A stretch of 48,734 bases of DNA, taken from assembly GCA_045863295.1 (NCBI GenBank), contig BTWA01000029.1:1-48734 (forward strand), written 5' to 3'. Within the stretch, counting starts at the first letter, position 1. Every line of letters starts with the position of its first letter. Source of the stretch: Candidatus Hydrogenedentota bacterium (GTDB lineage: Bacteria > Hydrogenedentota > Hydrogenedentia > Hydrogenedentales > SLHB01). The notes beneath the pieces are model-generated. The model did not search any database and had not been told where the DNA came from. It saw nothing but the letters and a program-made list of their open reading frames with translations. Shown in pieces: positions 1 through 9,194 of this stretch. The translations under genes were made by a program, and so were the position numbers.

Positions 1-19
1 GTCCACGCGACTGTGCCAG

Positions 20-1129
20 TTGATGGCGTTCTATGCGCAAAATACTCAATCGGTTTCGCGTCAACCCTTGAGCGATGAGATCGTTGGCAAGGATGACCTG
101 TTTTCCGTGCTGGAGATCCTCAAGGCGATCTCGGCGCATCGCCGGTCTCAGGAAGTGCTTTACGTTTTTGTCGAGGAAATCGCGCGCATCATCCAGGTCG
201 ATCGATGTTCCGTCGTTCGGGTGGTGAGCGGCGAAACGCAGGCGCACGTATTGGCTTCGCACGACGACGCTTCGCTGCACGATTTGGGTATCGACCTGTT
301 GAAATACCCTGAAATCCTGCATTCGATGGAAACGTTCGCAAAGGTGGTCATCGCGGACGCGGCAACGGAACCGGTGACGCGTCCGTATGCGGATCAATTG
401 CGTCAGGCGCGCGTGAAATCGATTCTGGTGATTCCCATCGTGTTGCTCGATCCGAATGTGGGTTCGCTATTTCTGCGCGCCACGCGCAGCGACAAGCCGT
501 TTGCGGCGCGAGAGGTCGGGTTTTGCGAGATTGTCGCCGAAGCGGCTTCCAACGCTCTGGAGCGCGCGTACCTGTTCGAGAGCATTCAGCTTGCCAACGA
601 GCGTCTGGAACATCTGGCGATAACGGACGGACTGACCGGCTTGTATAATCACCGGTATTTTCGCGAGCGCTTGGAGCAGGAATTTGAAAGGGCACGCCGC
701 TACCGGCTGCCCCTGTCGTGCATCATTTTCGACATTGACGATTTCAAGGGTATCAACGATACCTACGGTCACCTGGCGGGCGATGAGATACTGCGGGAGA
801 TGTCGGAGCGCATCTTGAAAGTCACCCGCAAAAGCGATATTGTCGCGCGGTATGGCGGCGAAGAATTCACCGTCATCATGCCACAGACCGGGTACCAGGG
901 CGCGATGGCCGAGGCCGAGCGGCTTCGGCGCGAATTGAGCAACAGTTCATACCGGGTCACCCCGCCGGATCGCAAAGTGACGATTAGCGTGGGAGTGGTG
1001 GTAATGGATCACGAAATCATGACGGACTGCGAAGCGATGATCCGCGTGGCGGACGACGCCTTGTATACGGCGAAACGCCGCGGCAAAGATCAGATTGTTA
1101 TTGGAAAACACCGAGGAGGCCATGCGTGA
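20..1129 (+). CDS. GAF-domain diguanylate cyclase (frame is open to the window edge, so it may be 5'-partial)
   Basis: N-terminal GAF-like region; TDGLTGLYNHRYF, DIDDFKGINDTYGHLAGD and RYGGEEF motifs, with an RxxD I-site (RKSD). Confidence 0.93.
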   Translation: MMAFYAQNTQSVSRQPLSDEIVGKDDLFSVLEILKAISAHRRSQEVLYVFVEEIARIIQVDRCSVVRVVSGETQAHVLASHDDASLHDLGIDLLKYPEILHSMETFAKVVIADAATEPVTRPYADQLRQARVKSILVIPIVLLDPNVGSLFLRATRSDKPFAAREVGFCEIVAEAASNALERAYLFESIQLANERLEHLAITDGLTGLYNHRYFRERLEQEFERARRYRLPLSCIIFDIDDFKGINDTYGHLAGDEILREMSERILKVTRKSDIVARYGGEEFTVIMPQTGYQGAMAEAERLRRELSNSSYRVTPPDRKVTISVGVVVMDHEIMTDCEAMIRVADDALYTAKRRGKDQIVIGKHRGGHA

Positions 1130-1662
1130 AACGGCTAGTATTTGCGGGATTGCTGGTGTTGGCATCGGGTTGCCATACCTTTATGAAAGTAAAGCCGGAC
1201 TATACCACGTTGCCGGAAGAGACCTTGCGGGTCGTTGCGCTTGAAATCGAGCAGGCCGTAAAAGACGGCAATCGCGAAGCCGCCATCAAGAACCAGGGCG
1301 AGGTCGTGGTTGAAACCGACGAAATTCAACAGGCCATTCGCACGCGCGCCGCGCGATCCGCGCTCGTGCTGGCGTTTCTGCAGACCGGACACGCGTGGGA
1401 GCGGAGCAACGGTACGCTCGCGATTATCCGGAGCGAAGCCTACAAGAAACTCGGAACCAAACTGGATCGCGATCGCAACGCGCTTATGGTCATGGGCGAG
1501 AATGCCGATCGATGGAGCCTGTACGAATCCATTCAGAAATCCAGCAAGTTTCCGCCGCGATCGCTTCCGGCGATCCAGCGAATCTTCTTTGATGCCCGCG
1601 TGCAGGTTATGGATGCCGGCTTGAAATACGAAGGCGAAGGCGAAGAAACCGTGCAGAAGTAG
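1126..1662 (+). CDS. Lipoprotein, DUF1318/YdbL-like
   Basis: Lipobox LASGC; E..G.L and ENADRWSLY pattern; GTGA overlap with the cyclase stop and a GGAGG RBS. Confidence 0.7.
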   Translation: MKRLVFAGLLVLASGCHTFMKVKPDYTTLPEETLRVVALEIEQAVKDGNREAAIKNQGEVVVETDEIQQAIRTRAARSALVLAFLQTGHAWERSNGTLAIIRSEAYKKLGTKLDRDRNALMVMGENADRWSLYESIQKSSKFPPRSLPAIQRIFFDARVQVMDAGLKYEGEGEETVQK

Positions 1663-1900
1663 GCGCGGAATAAATTCGTTATCCGTCAAGCCGTGGCGAC
1701 TCGAGAAAAGAAGATCGCTCTTTTTCGCACTTGCAATCATTCCCGCCCTCGAACTTCGTGAAATGCCTGAAGCGCTCGCCGCGATGTCCTCGCTGCGAGC
1801 GGTGTTCACTGTCCTCTGTCTCCCTCGTTGACTCGCCGTTGCCCCGCATTTCGGGGGCAAGTTCCCGAGCAGCTTGCGCCAGGGAACGAGGGTGTCGATG

Positions 1901-2418
1901 ACCCCTATAGTTTGGGGTTTTTGTTGCATTTTCTTAGCGGATTGAAACAAGGGTATATGATGGATTTGCGCGGTTTACGCATTTGTGGGATGGGGCGGAA
2001 TTGACTGGGGCGGCGGGGACTGAACGCGTCCACAGATTACGCGTATGTGCACAGATTTTAAGCAGGAGCGGGCTCTAGTGGCTTAGGCATGGGGGCTACT
2101 GTGCCCCCTATAGTTATGCTATTCCGTTGCATCTTCTTAGCGGATTGAAACAAGGGTTTATGATGGATTTACGCGGTTTGCGCATTTGTGGGATGGGGCG
2201 GAATTGATTGGGGTGGCGGGGACTGAACGCGTCCACAGATTACACGGATGTGCACGGATTTTAAGGGGGAGCGGGCTCAAGTGGCTCGGGAATGTGGGCT
2301 ACTGTGCTCTCTATAGTAATGCTTTTCCGTTGCATTTTCTTAGCGGATTGAAACAAGGGTATATGATGGATTTGCGCGATTTGCGCATTTTCGGGATGGG
2401 GCGGAATTGATCGGGGCG
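1901..2418. repeat. 203-bp-period diverged tandem repeat, about 2.5 copies
   Basis: cttagcggattgaaacaaggg starts at 1933, 2136 and 2339, exactly 203 bp apart. Confidence 0.95.
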
Positions 2419-2487
2419 CTGCAAGTCGTAGTCTGTTGTTTTTCCCTGTTTTTGTGGCTCGTCCTAATCACCAAGTTCACCCAACAG

Positions 2488-2850
2488 CTATACGCCAATT
2501 GAATTTTTGCCATCTAGATTCTCGAGGGCGTCCATAATCTTTTCAAATCTCTTCTTGGGAATCAGCCACCAGTATAGACGAACATAAAGCCGGTGGATAG
2601 ATACCCCGTCTGCTCTCAGATTTGTATGGCTAGCAACAAACTGCAACACATCAGCGTGGCTACGGTGGAGTAGCCATGACTTAAAGTCTCCTTTTGTTGT
2701 ACTTAAAACCAGCACTCCGCCTGGAAGAAACCGCGCACGTACAACGTCAACTGCATCCAACTTTATACTCGCTCCAAACAGCGACCTAGCCAACAATGCA
2801 TGTCCTGAAGGACGAAGATCGAATGGCGAAAGGATCAACATTACACACAA
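2488..2850 (-). CDS. Hypothetical protein, candidate immunity protein for the adjacent Rhs C-terminal domain (start uncertain)
   Basis: Small AT-richer ORF 25 bp downstream of the Rhs fragment on the same strand; no clear RBS. Confidence 0.45.
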   Translation of the reverse strand: MCVMLILSPFDLRPSGHALLARSLFGASIKLDAVDVVRARFLPGGVLVLSTTKGDFKSWLLHRSHADVLQFVASHTNLRADGVSIHRLYVRLYWWLIPKKRFEKIMDALENLDGKNSIGV

Positions 2851-2875
2851 CTCAATTTGTTGGAAAACTAAACTA

Positions 2876-4669
2876 TTAGTGACATTTACCTACAATGTCG
2901 TCACTAACCAACGTGTATTTGCAGAATGCGGCACTTACCGGCGATCCAAGGCCAACGTATCCTCCGGCACCTTGCATATTGTCGCAGAACTCGAACGATG
3001 CACCTGCTACGCCAGCACCTATACTGTACTCCCTAAACCATCCGGAATAGGCAGTAGGACAGCCTTTGTCGCCAGTTATACCTTCACTATCGAGACCATG
3101 CATGGCAGCACTAACGCCAGCAATCAGTCCGAAGCATCGCTTTTTGAACACAGCCTTGTGCTTGTCTCCACAGTCGTCACAACAAGTTACCTCAGCCACT
3201 CCTCCACCAAAAATGAGTCCAAACGTCACGTTCGTATCGTGAGGCAACCAATCAGTCCAGCTGAGGCCAAGAAAATCAAATCTACCAGTCGGATTATTGC
3301 CAACGTACGAGTATTCATTGGGACCGTCAATACTACCTGCCAAATCTCGTACCATCCATCTGTTTTGATTTGTATCGTAGTATCGGCGAGGGAAAAAATA
3401 GAGATGAGTTGCGGGGTCGAACGGTTTGTTCGTAAATGACGCAGTAAGGACACCTGACTCAATACCGGACTGGAAACGAACTTCGCCGAAGGGTTCGTAT
3501 TCGTAGAACCCAAGGCCAGATACAGACCCGTCGTTAATGCTACAGGCAGAGCCGAGAAGATCCTGCGAATAAAGGCGGTACGCACCCTCTGACGGATTGG
3601 ATCCCGCTAAGTCAGCCAGTACCATGCCAACTGGCTGTGCAAGATCGCGGATATGAGTCATCGTCAAGGTCCCATCCGAATCACTCTCGCTGAGGACATT
3701 CCACCCCCTATCCCAACGATAATGCGTTAACGAGTCGACTGTGGCCCGCGCCCGGCGTTTATTGTCCCCCCCATACTCATACGTCACTTCGCCTTCGCCG
3801 GGGAAGTTGCTGTCGACGTTGTAGAGCATGCTTCCGTAGCGGTAGGCGTAGTCGGCGGTGAAGCTGCCGTTGGCTTTTTGGGTCATGCGGCCCCAGTCGT
3901 CGTAGGTGAAGGTGGTGGTGCCGCCGGGGGTCATGGTCATGGACGTGAGTTCGTTGGCGTTGTTGTAGGTGAAAGAAGTTGTGGTTTTGAGGTTGGAGCC
4001 GGTGAAACGGATGTCGTCGATGTCGGCGGTTTGCCAGAAGCCGGTGCTGAACAGGGATTGGGCGGAGGTGAGTTGGGTGCAACTTGACGTGCTGAGCACT
4101 TCCTCGGGCATGTCGCCGTCTTCCCAGCGCCACACGGTGATGTTCGCGCCGTCGGCTACCACGCGGACGTTGTACCATACGTTTTGCGTGGAGGGACACG
4201 ACCCGTTTGTGTCGAGGTAAGTGGTCACGCTGGCGTCCGTCTGGCGGATGAAGCCGGTGCCCGTGTTGTCGAACGCGACAATCACGATGTCGTTCGGCCC
4301 GTCGTGCCGGGGCCAGAAGGCCAGGCCGCCGCCCGTGCACGTGGCGCGGTAGCGGTAGGTCGCTTCGAAATCGTCGGCGTCCTGGTCGTACTTCCAAATT
4401 AGATCGTTTTGCGCGTTCGCCACGGTGTCGGAAAGTACCGCGTTAGAGGCGGACCATGTGCCGGAACCCACGGTCCAGCCCGTGTAGTTCGTGTCGTTGA
4501 AATCGTCGAAGAACGGTTCGCTACGGGTCAGCATATTGTCCCCGTCGTCATACGTGTAATCATACTCGCCCGTGATGTTCGCGGACTGGACGCGGTCGGC
4601 GCTGATGAGCCGGTTTCGGCCGTCGTACTCATATTCCCAGTATACCCCATCTTCGTGTTTCCGCGTCCG
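2876..4669 (-). pseudogene. 5'-truncated orphan Rhs/YD-repeat toxin module: YD repeats, inserted beta-sandwich domain, RHS-associated core and a 128-aa Cys-rich C-terminal domain (ORF from the ATG at 4534 is 552 aa)
   Basis: YEYEPFGE, RRYYD..NRW..RD..G...GPNEYSYVGNNP...DFLGL core motifs; the frame stays open above the ATG (HEDGVYWEYEYDGRNRLISA...YTYDDGDN) up to a stop near 4670 where a REP-like element begins. Confidence 0.9.
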
Positions 4670-4670
4670 T

Positions 4671-4721
4671 CAAAGCGGAGTTTTTCGGGAGTGGGTTTCC
4701 AAGCGGAAGCTCGGGAACGAT
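4671..4721 (+). repeat. REP-like element Y (caaagcggag..ttcgggag....ttcc...gggaacga)
   Basis: Related copies at 5067-5149 and 21873-21946; shorter copies at 1861-1892 and 5274-5301. Confidence 0.8.
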
Positions 4722-4731
4722 GGGATTCTTT

Positions 4732-4857
4732 TCCATGACTTGTTTCGCCCCTACAGGGCTTACGGATATGTGGTGTGGGTAATCCCAGGGCGTTGCCCTG
4801 GGCTGTTATGTTTTGGCCTTTCAGGCCGTGGGGGCGAAGAGGCGACCTTGTTACAAC
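4732..4857 (+). repeat. REP-like element X (cgcccctacagggc...cccagggcgttgccctgggct...ggcctttcaggcc)
   Basis: Three internal palindromes; a closely similar copy lies at 22587-22714. Confidence 0.9.
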
Positions 4858-4858
4858 A

Positions 4859-4933
4859 GAGCCGGTGAAACGGATGTCGTCGATGTCGGCGGTTTGCCAG
4901 AAACCGGTGCTGAACAGGGATTGGGCAGAGGTG
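4859..4933 (-). pseudogene. 75-bp duplicated fragment of the rhs gene
   Basis: Matches 3996-4070 with 2 mismatches (encodes TSAQSLFSTGFWQTADIDDIRFTGS). Confidence 0.95.
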
Positions 4934-4954
4934 TGGGTACGACGAGGAGTTTTA

Positions 4955-5003
4955 TCCGCAGATGAACGCCGATTGGCGCAGATAGGAAGATTTGAAGGGA
5001 GGC
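4955..5003 (+). repeat. Repeat element tccgcagatgaacgccgattggcgcagat; second copy at 5367-5416
   Basis: Direct comparison of the two copies; internal periodic gcagat motif. Confidence 0.8.
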
Positions 5004-5066
5004 GGTTTTTGCGGGTGCGCAGGTTGTAGGTGGGCGACGCCTGCATGGGGCCTCCTTTCGCGTTGA

Positions 5067-5149
5067 AGGCATTTTAGTTCAGCACGGAGAGGAAGACAAA
5101 GCGGAGCTTTTCGGGAGTGGGTTTCCTGGCGGACGCTCGGGAACGATGG
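5067..5149 (+). repeat. REP-like element Y, long form
   Basis: aggcatt.tagttcagcacggaga.gaagacaaagcggagcttttcgggag is shared with 21873-21946. Confidence 0.9.
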
Positions 5150-5414
5150 AAGGAAGCAATGGACAGAATGGACGAAAAGGACAAAAACTGAATGAGGGCG
5201 GTGAAGGGCGCTCTTTTGTGTTGACGGCTTCCGCGTGAATCCGGGATTTGGCAGACAGACGATCAAGTCCAATGACAAAGCGGTGCATTCGGGAACGAGG
5301 GAAAAGACGTTTTCACCACAGAGACACAAAGTGCACGGAGAGATGTGAACACAAGGACCGTTTTCGTCCGCAGATGAGCGCAGATTGGCGCAGATGGGAC
5401 GAATTGAGGGGAGG

Positions 5415-5729
5415 CGATGAGTATGGGGGTGTGTGTTTGAGGTGGCTGGTTTTTGGTGGGATGGTTTTGGGTGGTTGTGCGGGAGCAAGCTCCCTTGGGT
5501 AAGGCGGGAGCAAGCTTCCGCACTCCATAGTGGGAGCGGATCGTTCGTGCGGCGGGTGGAGTTCGTCGACGGATGAGCCCCGATGAGTATGGGAGTGTGT
5601 GTTTGAGGTGGCTGGTTCTTGGTGGGACGGTTTTGGGTAGTTGTGCGGGAGCAAGCTCCCTTGGGTAAGGCGGGAGCAAGCTCCCGCAGTCCATAGTGGG
5701 AGCGGATCGTTCGCGCGGCGGGTGGAGTT
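5415..5729. repeat. Two ~149-bp direct repeats (period 166) carrying gggagcaagctccc palindromes
   Basis: cgatgagtatggg at 5415 and 5581; both units end in ggtggagtt (5563, 5729). Confidence 0.95.
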
Positions 5730-5747
5730 TGGCTCTTGTCTTGCGCA

Positions 5748-6230
5748 TCATAATGCCTTGACGGCATCCAAGACTTCTTCGGCGTGTCCTTCGGGTTTCA
5801 CTTTGGGCCAGATCTTTGCCAGTCGTCCGTTGGCGTCGATGAGAAAGGTGCTGCGTTGGACACCCCAGTACTTCTTGCCGTACATGTTCTTTTCCACCCA
5901 GACGCCGTATTTTTCGGCTACGGCGTGATCGGGATCGGACAGGAGTTGGAACGCCAAGCCGAATTTGTCCACGAATTTGCAGTGCGACTCCAAGGAATCG
6001 GGACTGACCCCCAGCACGGTGACGCCAAGGCGGCTGAACTCCTTCAGCTTGGATTGAAATGCCTTGGCCTCCACGGTACAGCCGGGGGTGTCGTCCTTGG
6101 GGTAAAAGTAGAGCACGATCGGATTTCCCTTGAGACTGGCCAGGCTGATTTTTTGACCGTTTGACGAGGCCAGGCTGAATGCCGGGGCTTTTTCGCCTTC
6201 GTTCCATGCGGCGGTGGGAGGGTTTGCCAT
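5748..6230 (-). CDS. bcp: Thioredoxin-dependent peroxiredoxin (BCP/PrxQ)
   Basis: VLYFYPKDDTPGCTVEA, GVSPDSLESH and RSTFLID motifs. Confidence 0.95.
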   Translation of the reverse strand: MANPPTAAWNEGEKAPAFSLASSNGQKISLASLKGNPIVLYFYPKDDTPGCTVEAKAFQSKLKEFSRLGVTVLGVSPDSLESHCKFVDKFGLAFQLLSDPDHAVAEKYGVWVEKNMYGKKYWGVQRSTFLIDANGRLAKIWPKVKPEGHAEEVLDAVKAL

Positions 6231-6341
6231 GAGAAACTTCCTTTGCTCGTAAACGCGGCCATGCTGTAGTCTTTGCGATGTATATCGTATCGGACGGGCG
6301 GTTTCATCGCACGAGCGGGAAGTCTACCATGAATTGCCGCC

Positions 6342-7229
6342 ATGGACTTTATCCGGGGACTACACGACATGCATGAATCCACACTCCAATCGGCGGTTAG
6401 CGGGTTGGAATCGCTGCCCAGCCTGCCCAGTATCGTGGTTCGGGTGTTGGAGTCGGTGGAGAATGAGGGCACCTCGGCGCTTGATCTGGGCCATTTGATT
6501 GCGGCCGATCAGAGCTTGGCTGCTTCCCTGCTTCGCGCGGCGAATTCCGCGTATTTTGGTTTTAACCGGCGCGTTGTGGATGTGCCGGACGCGGTCGCGG
6601 TGTTGGGGTTTGAGGAAGTGCGCCGCATTGCCCTCGCGGCCACTACGTTCCGGCTTTTTGAGAACCGTCATAGCCGGTACGACCGCCTGGAGTTGTGGAG
6701 GCATTCGTTGGCGTCGGCGATGGCATCGGAGCGTTGCGCCCGCGAACTTGGGCTGCTTGTTTCCGGCGGATGCTACACGGTGGGTCTGTTGCACGACATC
6801 GGTAAAGTGGCAATGGACTATTTGTATCCAAACTTGTACATGGAGGCACTTCGCGAGAGCAACACCAACGGCGTTTGTCTGACGCGGGTGGAAAAGGCCC
6901 TGTTTGGCTGCGACCACGCGGAAGTGGGGGCGCAACTGGTATCGGCATGGCACATTCCCGAACCGATATCGCATGCGATACGGTTTCACCATTCGGCCGG
7001 GGATAGCCAAGGCCAGTCGAATTTGCCGGATATTGCGGCTGTAGGCAGCGGTATCGCCGTTGAAGCGGGATTCAGCCACGAGGGATCCGCGCATCGATCG
7101 GCTTTTCCTGAAGCGTCCTTTTCGCGGCTGGGTTTGACCGCTTCGTTTCGCGATGGTCTTACCCAGAAGATTGCGGACTCAAGGGCGGTGGTGGATGAGT
7201 TGCTGAGCGCGTTCGAGACAACGCCTTAG
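6342..7229 (+). CDS. HDOD domain protein
   Basis: LPSLP, LLRAANSAYFG, LWRHS, GLLHDIGK, DHAEVGA and IRFHH motifs. Confidence 0.93.
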   Translation: MDFIRGLHDMHESTLQSAVSGLESLPSLPSIVVRVLESVENEGTSALDLGHLIAADQSLAASLLRAANSAYFGFNRRVVDVPDAVAVLGFEEVRRIALAATTFRLFENRHSRYDRLELWRHSLASAMASERCARELGLLVSGGCYTVGLLHDIGKVAMDYLYPNLYMEALRESNTNGVCLTRVEKALFGCDHAEVGAQLVSAWHIPEPISHAIRFHHSAGDSQGQSNLPDIAAVGSGIAVEAGFSHEGSAHRSAFPEASFSRLGLTASFRDGLTQKIADSRAVVDELLSAFETTP

Positions 7230-7261
7230 ACGGGAGCGTTTTCTCCCCATGAGCGGTTCCG

Positions 7262-7846
7262 TCAACTTTGGTTCTCTTGTGCTGCCTGGGCGAGGGCTTC
7301 CTTCAGAGCGACGAAGCTGGGGAGTCCCTCTTCCTCCGAGTAGTAGAAGTGGTCTTCTATCCAGCCCAGCACCACGTCGATGACTTTTGTGCGCCACCGG
7401 GTCGGCGGACGTGAAATCTCGTCGCGAAGGAATTGAACGTCTCGCAGAAGGCATCGTCGGCGTTCGCCGTCGAGAGCCGAGAATTCTGCTTCCTCTATCA
7501 GCCGTTCCATCAACCAGGCAATGCGAATCAGGATTTCACCTGCGCCTTGCGAGGAGTCGCCGGTCGGCGGGAACCGCAGGTTGAATTCGAATTGATTCTC
7601 GACAAGGTCGATGCCTTTTGCCGTAATTCGCGCAGCGGCAAACCACGGAGGGTTGTATCCGATCATGAGTTCAATAAGTCCGCTATCGGCGAGATAGTGG
7701 ACATTCGAGACGAGGCCTTCGCGTTCCAGTGAGCCGTTCTCCAAGAAGTCCTCAGGGGTCAACATATCCAGGGGGTTCAGCTGGTAGCGATCGTACAGCA
7801 GCACGAGTATCTTTCGGCGGATGGATTTTGGGCTGTTCGTTGGCAT
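7262..7846 (-). CDS. Hypothetical protein with a probable N-terminal winged helix (194 aa)
   Basis: IRRKILVLLY...VHYLADSGLIE...ARITAKGIDLVE pattern; ATG at 7846 chosen over the longer ORF call. Confidence 0.7.
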   Translation of the reverse strand: MPTNSPKSIRRKILVLLYDRYQLNPLDMLTPEDFLENGSLEREGLVSNVHYLADSGLIELMIGYNPPWFAAARITAKGIDLVENQFEFNLRFPPTGDSSQGAGEILIRIAWLMERLIEEAEFSALDGERRRCLLRDVQFLRDEISRPPTRWRTKVIDVVLGWIEDHFYYSEEEGLPSFVALKEALAQAAQENQS

Positions 7847-8046
7847 GTGCGCACAGTATACCAAAGCGCGGCTGGCGGGCAACGGAGGTGTGAGCGGAAC
7901 CGTAACCGGGCCGGGGCGGTCCATGGCGCCACGCATGCGCTGGGGGATTAGTTTGAAACCCGGCACCCCACATTCTACCATGCTGTGTACCTTGGCCGCA
8001 TGAGAGTCGGGGGCGCAGGCGAAACCAGGATGGAGCAGTGCATTGC

Positions 8047-9012
8047 ATGATTGACTTGGGGAAGGTAAAGGGGCTTGGAACCTGGCCGGAAACACGGGTG
8101 GGAATTGAGCGGGCCGTTCGCGATGTGCTGGGGGAATTGCCAAAGCAGCGGGGTGAGTTGCAGATAAAGACCGTGGACGAGCATAGCTTTCCCGGATTTA
8201 CCCGGCGCCGCGTGAATTATTTTGTGGGCGACTGGGAACGGGTCAGCGCGTGGGTTTTTTTGCCGGACGGCCGCGACGATGTGCCGGGGATTCTATGCTG
8301 TCATCAGTCGGTGCCTCAGGGCAAAGATGAAACCGCCGGCCTATCCGGGCATCCCAAGATGGCCTTTGCGCAACACTTCGCAGAGCTTGGGTATGCCACG
8401 ATTGCGCCGGATTGCGTCACCGCCGGCGAACGTCGGCCGGCCAAGGGCAGCGCCTTTGACACGAAGGGATTCTACAAAGAAAACCCCAACGCGTCTGTCG
8501 TGGGCAAGATGCTTGTCGACCATCAGCACGCGTTGGATGTGCTTTGCGACATCAGCCGGGTGGACAGCGCGCGCATTGGCGTAATCGGCCATAGCCTGGG
8601 CGGCGTGAACGCCATGATGATGGCGGCGTTTGACGACCGGGTCCAAGTCTGTGTGAGCAGTTGCGCATTTACGCGGTTTACCGACGACGACGACCCCGAG
8701 CGCTGGGTGCGCGAGGAGGGGTTTACCCACTTTCCCAAGTTACGGGAGGCGGTCAAGGCGCGAGAATTCCCGTTTGATTGGGAGCACCTGCTCGCTCTGA
8801 TCGCGCCGAATCCGACCTTGGTAATCTCGGCGACCAACGACGAAGTGCTGTCCAATACCAAAAGCGTGGATAAGGCCGTCAAGAGCGCCCGATCGATCTA
8901 CAAAATGCTGGGCGAGCAGTCCGCGCTCGACCATTATGTGCACAGCCGGGGCCACGGCATGACCGTGGAAATCCTGGAGCAATGCGACGACTGGTTTGAC
9001 CGCTGGCTCTAG
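8047..9012 (+). CDS. Alpha/beta hydrolase (dienelactone hydrolase-like)
   Basis: VDSARIGVIGHSLGG nucleophile elbow; LLALIAPNP; C-terminal GH. Confidence 0.88.
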   Translation: MIDLGKVKGLGTWPETRVGIERAVRDVLGELPKQRGELQIKTVDEHSFPGFTRRRVNYFVGDWERVSAWVFLPDGRDDVPGILCCHQSVPQGKDETAGLSGHPKMAFAQHFAELGYATIAPDCVTAGERRPAKGSAFDTKGFYKENPNASVVGKMLVDHQHALDVLCDISRVDSARIGVIGHSLGGVNAMMMAAFDDRVQVCVSSCAFTRFTDDDDPERWVREEGFTHFPKLREAVKAREFPFDWEHLLALIAPNPTLVISATNDEVLSNTKSVDKAVKSARSIYKMLGEQSALDHYVHSRGHGMTVEILEQCDDWFDRWL

Positions 9013-9194
9013 CAGCGGTACGATTTGGGTTGGTCTCGCGCCGGGGCGGGTTGGGCCATTTCCGGCTTCGCGAGGGGGCTTCGCGGCATGCGCGCCTCTT
9101 CCGGTGACATGAAAGGGTAGGATTCGGAAATATACAGTAGGGGCGCCACGGCTGTGTCCTTTTGCACCTTTTGGAAGCAACGTTAGGAAATCAC

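Noticed and set aside
1901..2418. CRISPR-like array or coding ORF 2186-2410
   Set aside because: Whole units are homologous with no unique spacers, and the reading frame is not preserved across units
4528..5770. ORFs of 170-314 aa across the repeat mosaic
   Set aside because: Low-complexity translations of repeats with no recognisable motifs; some overlap bcp out of frame
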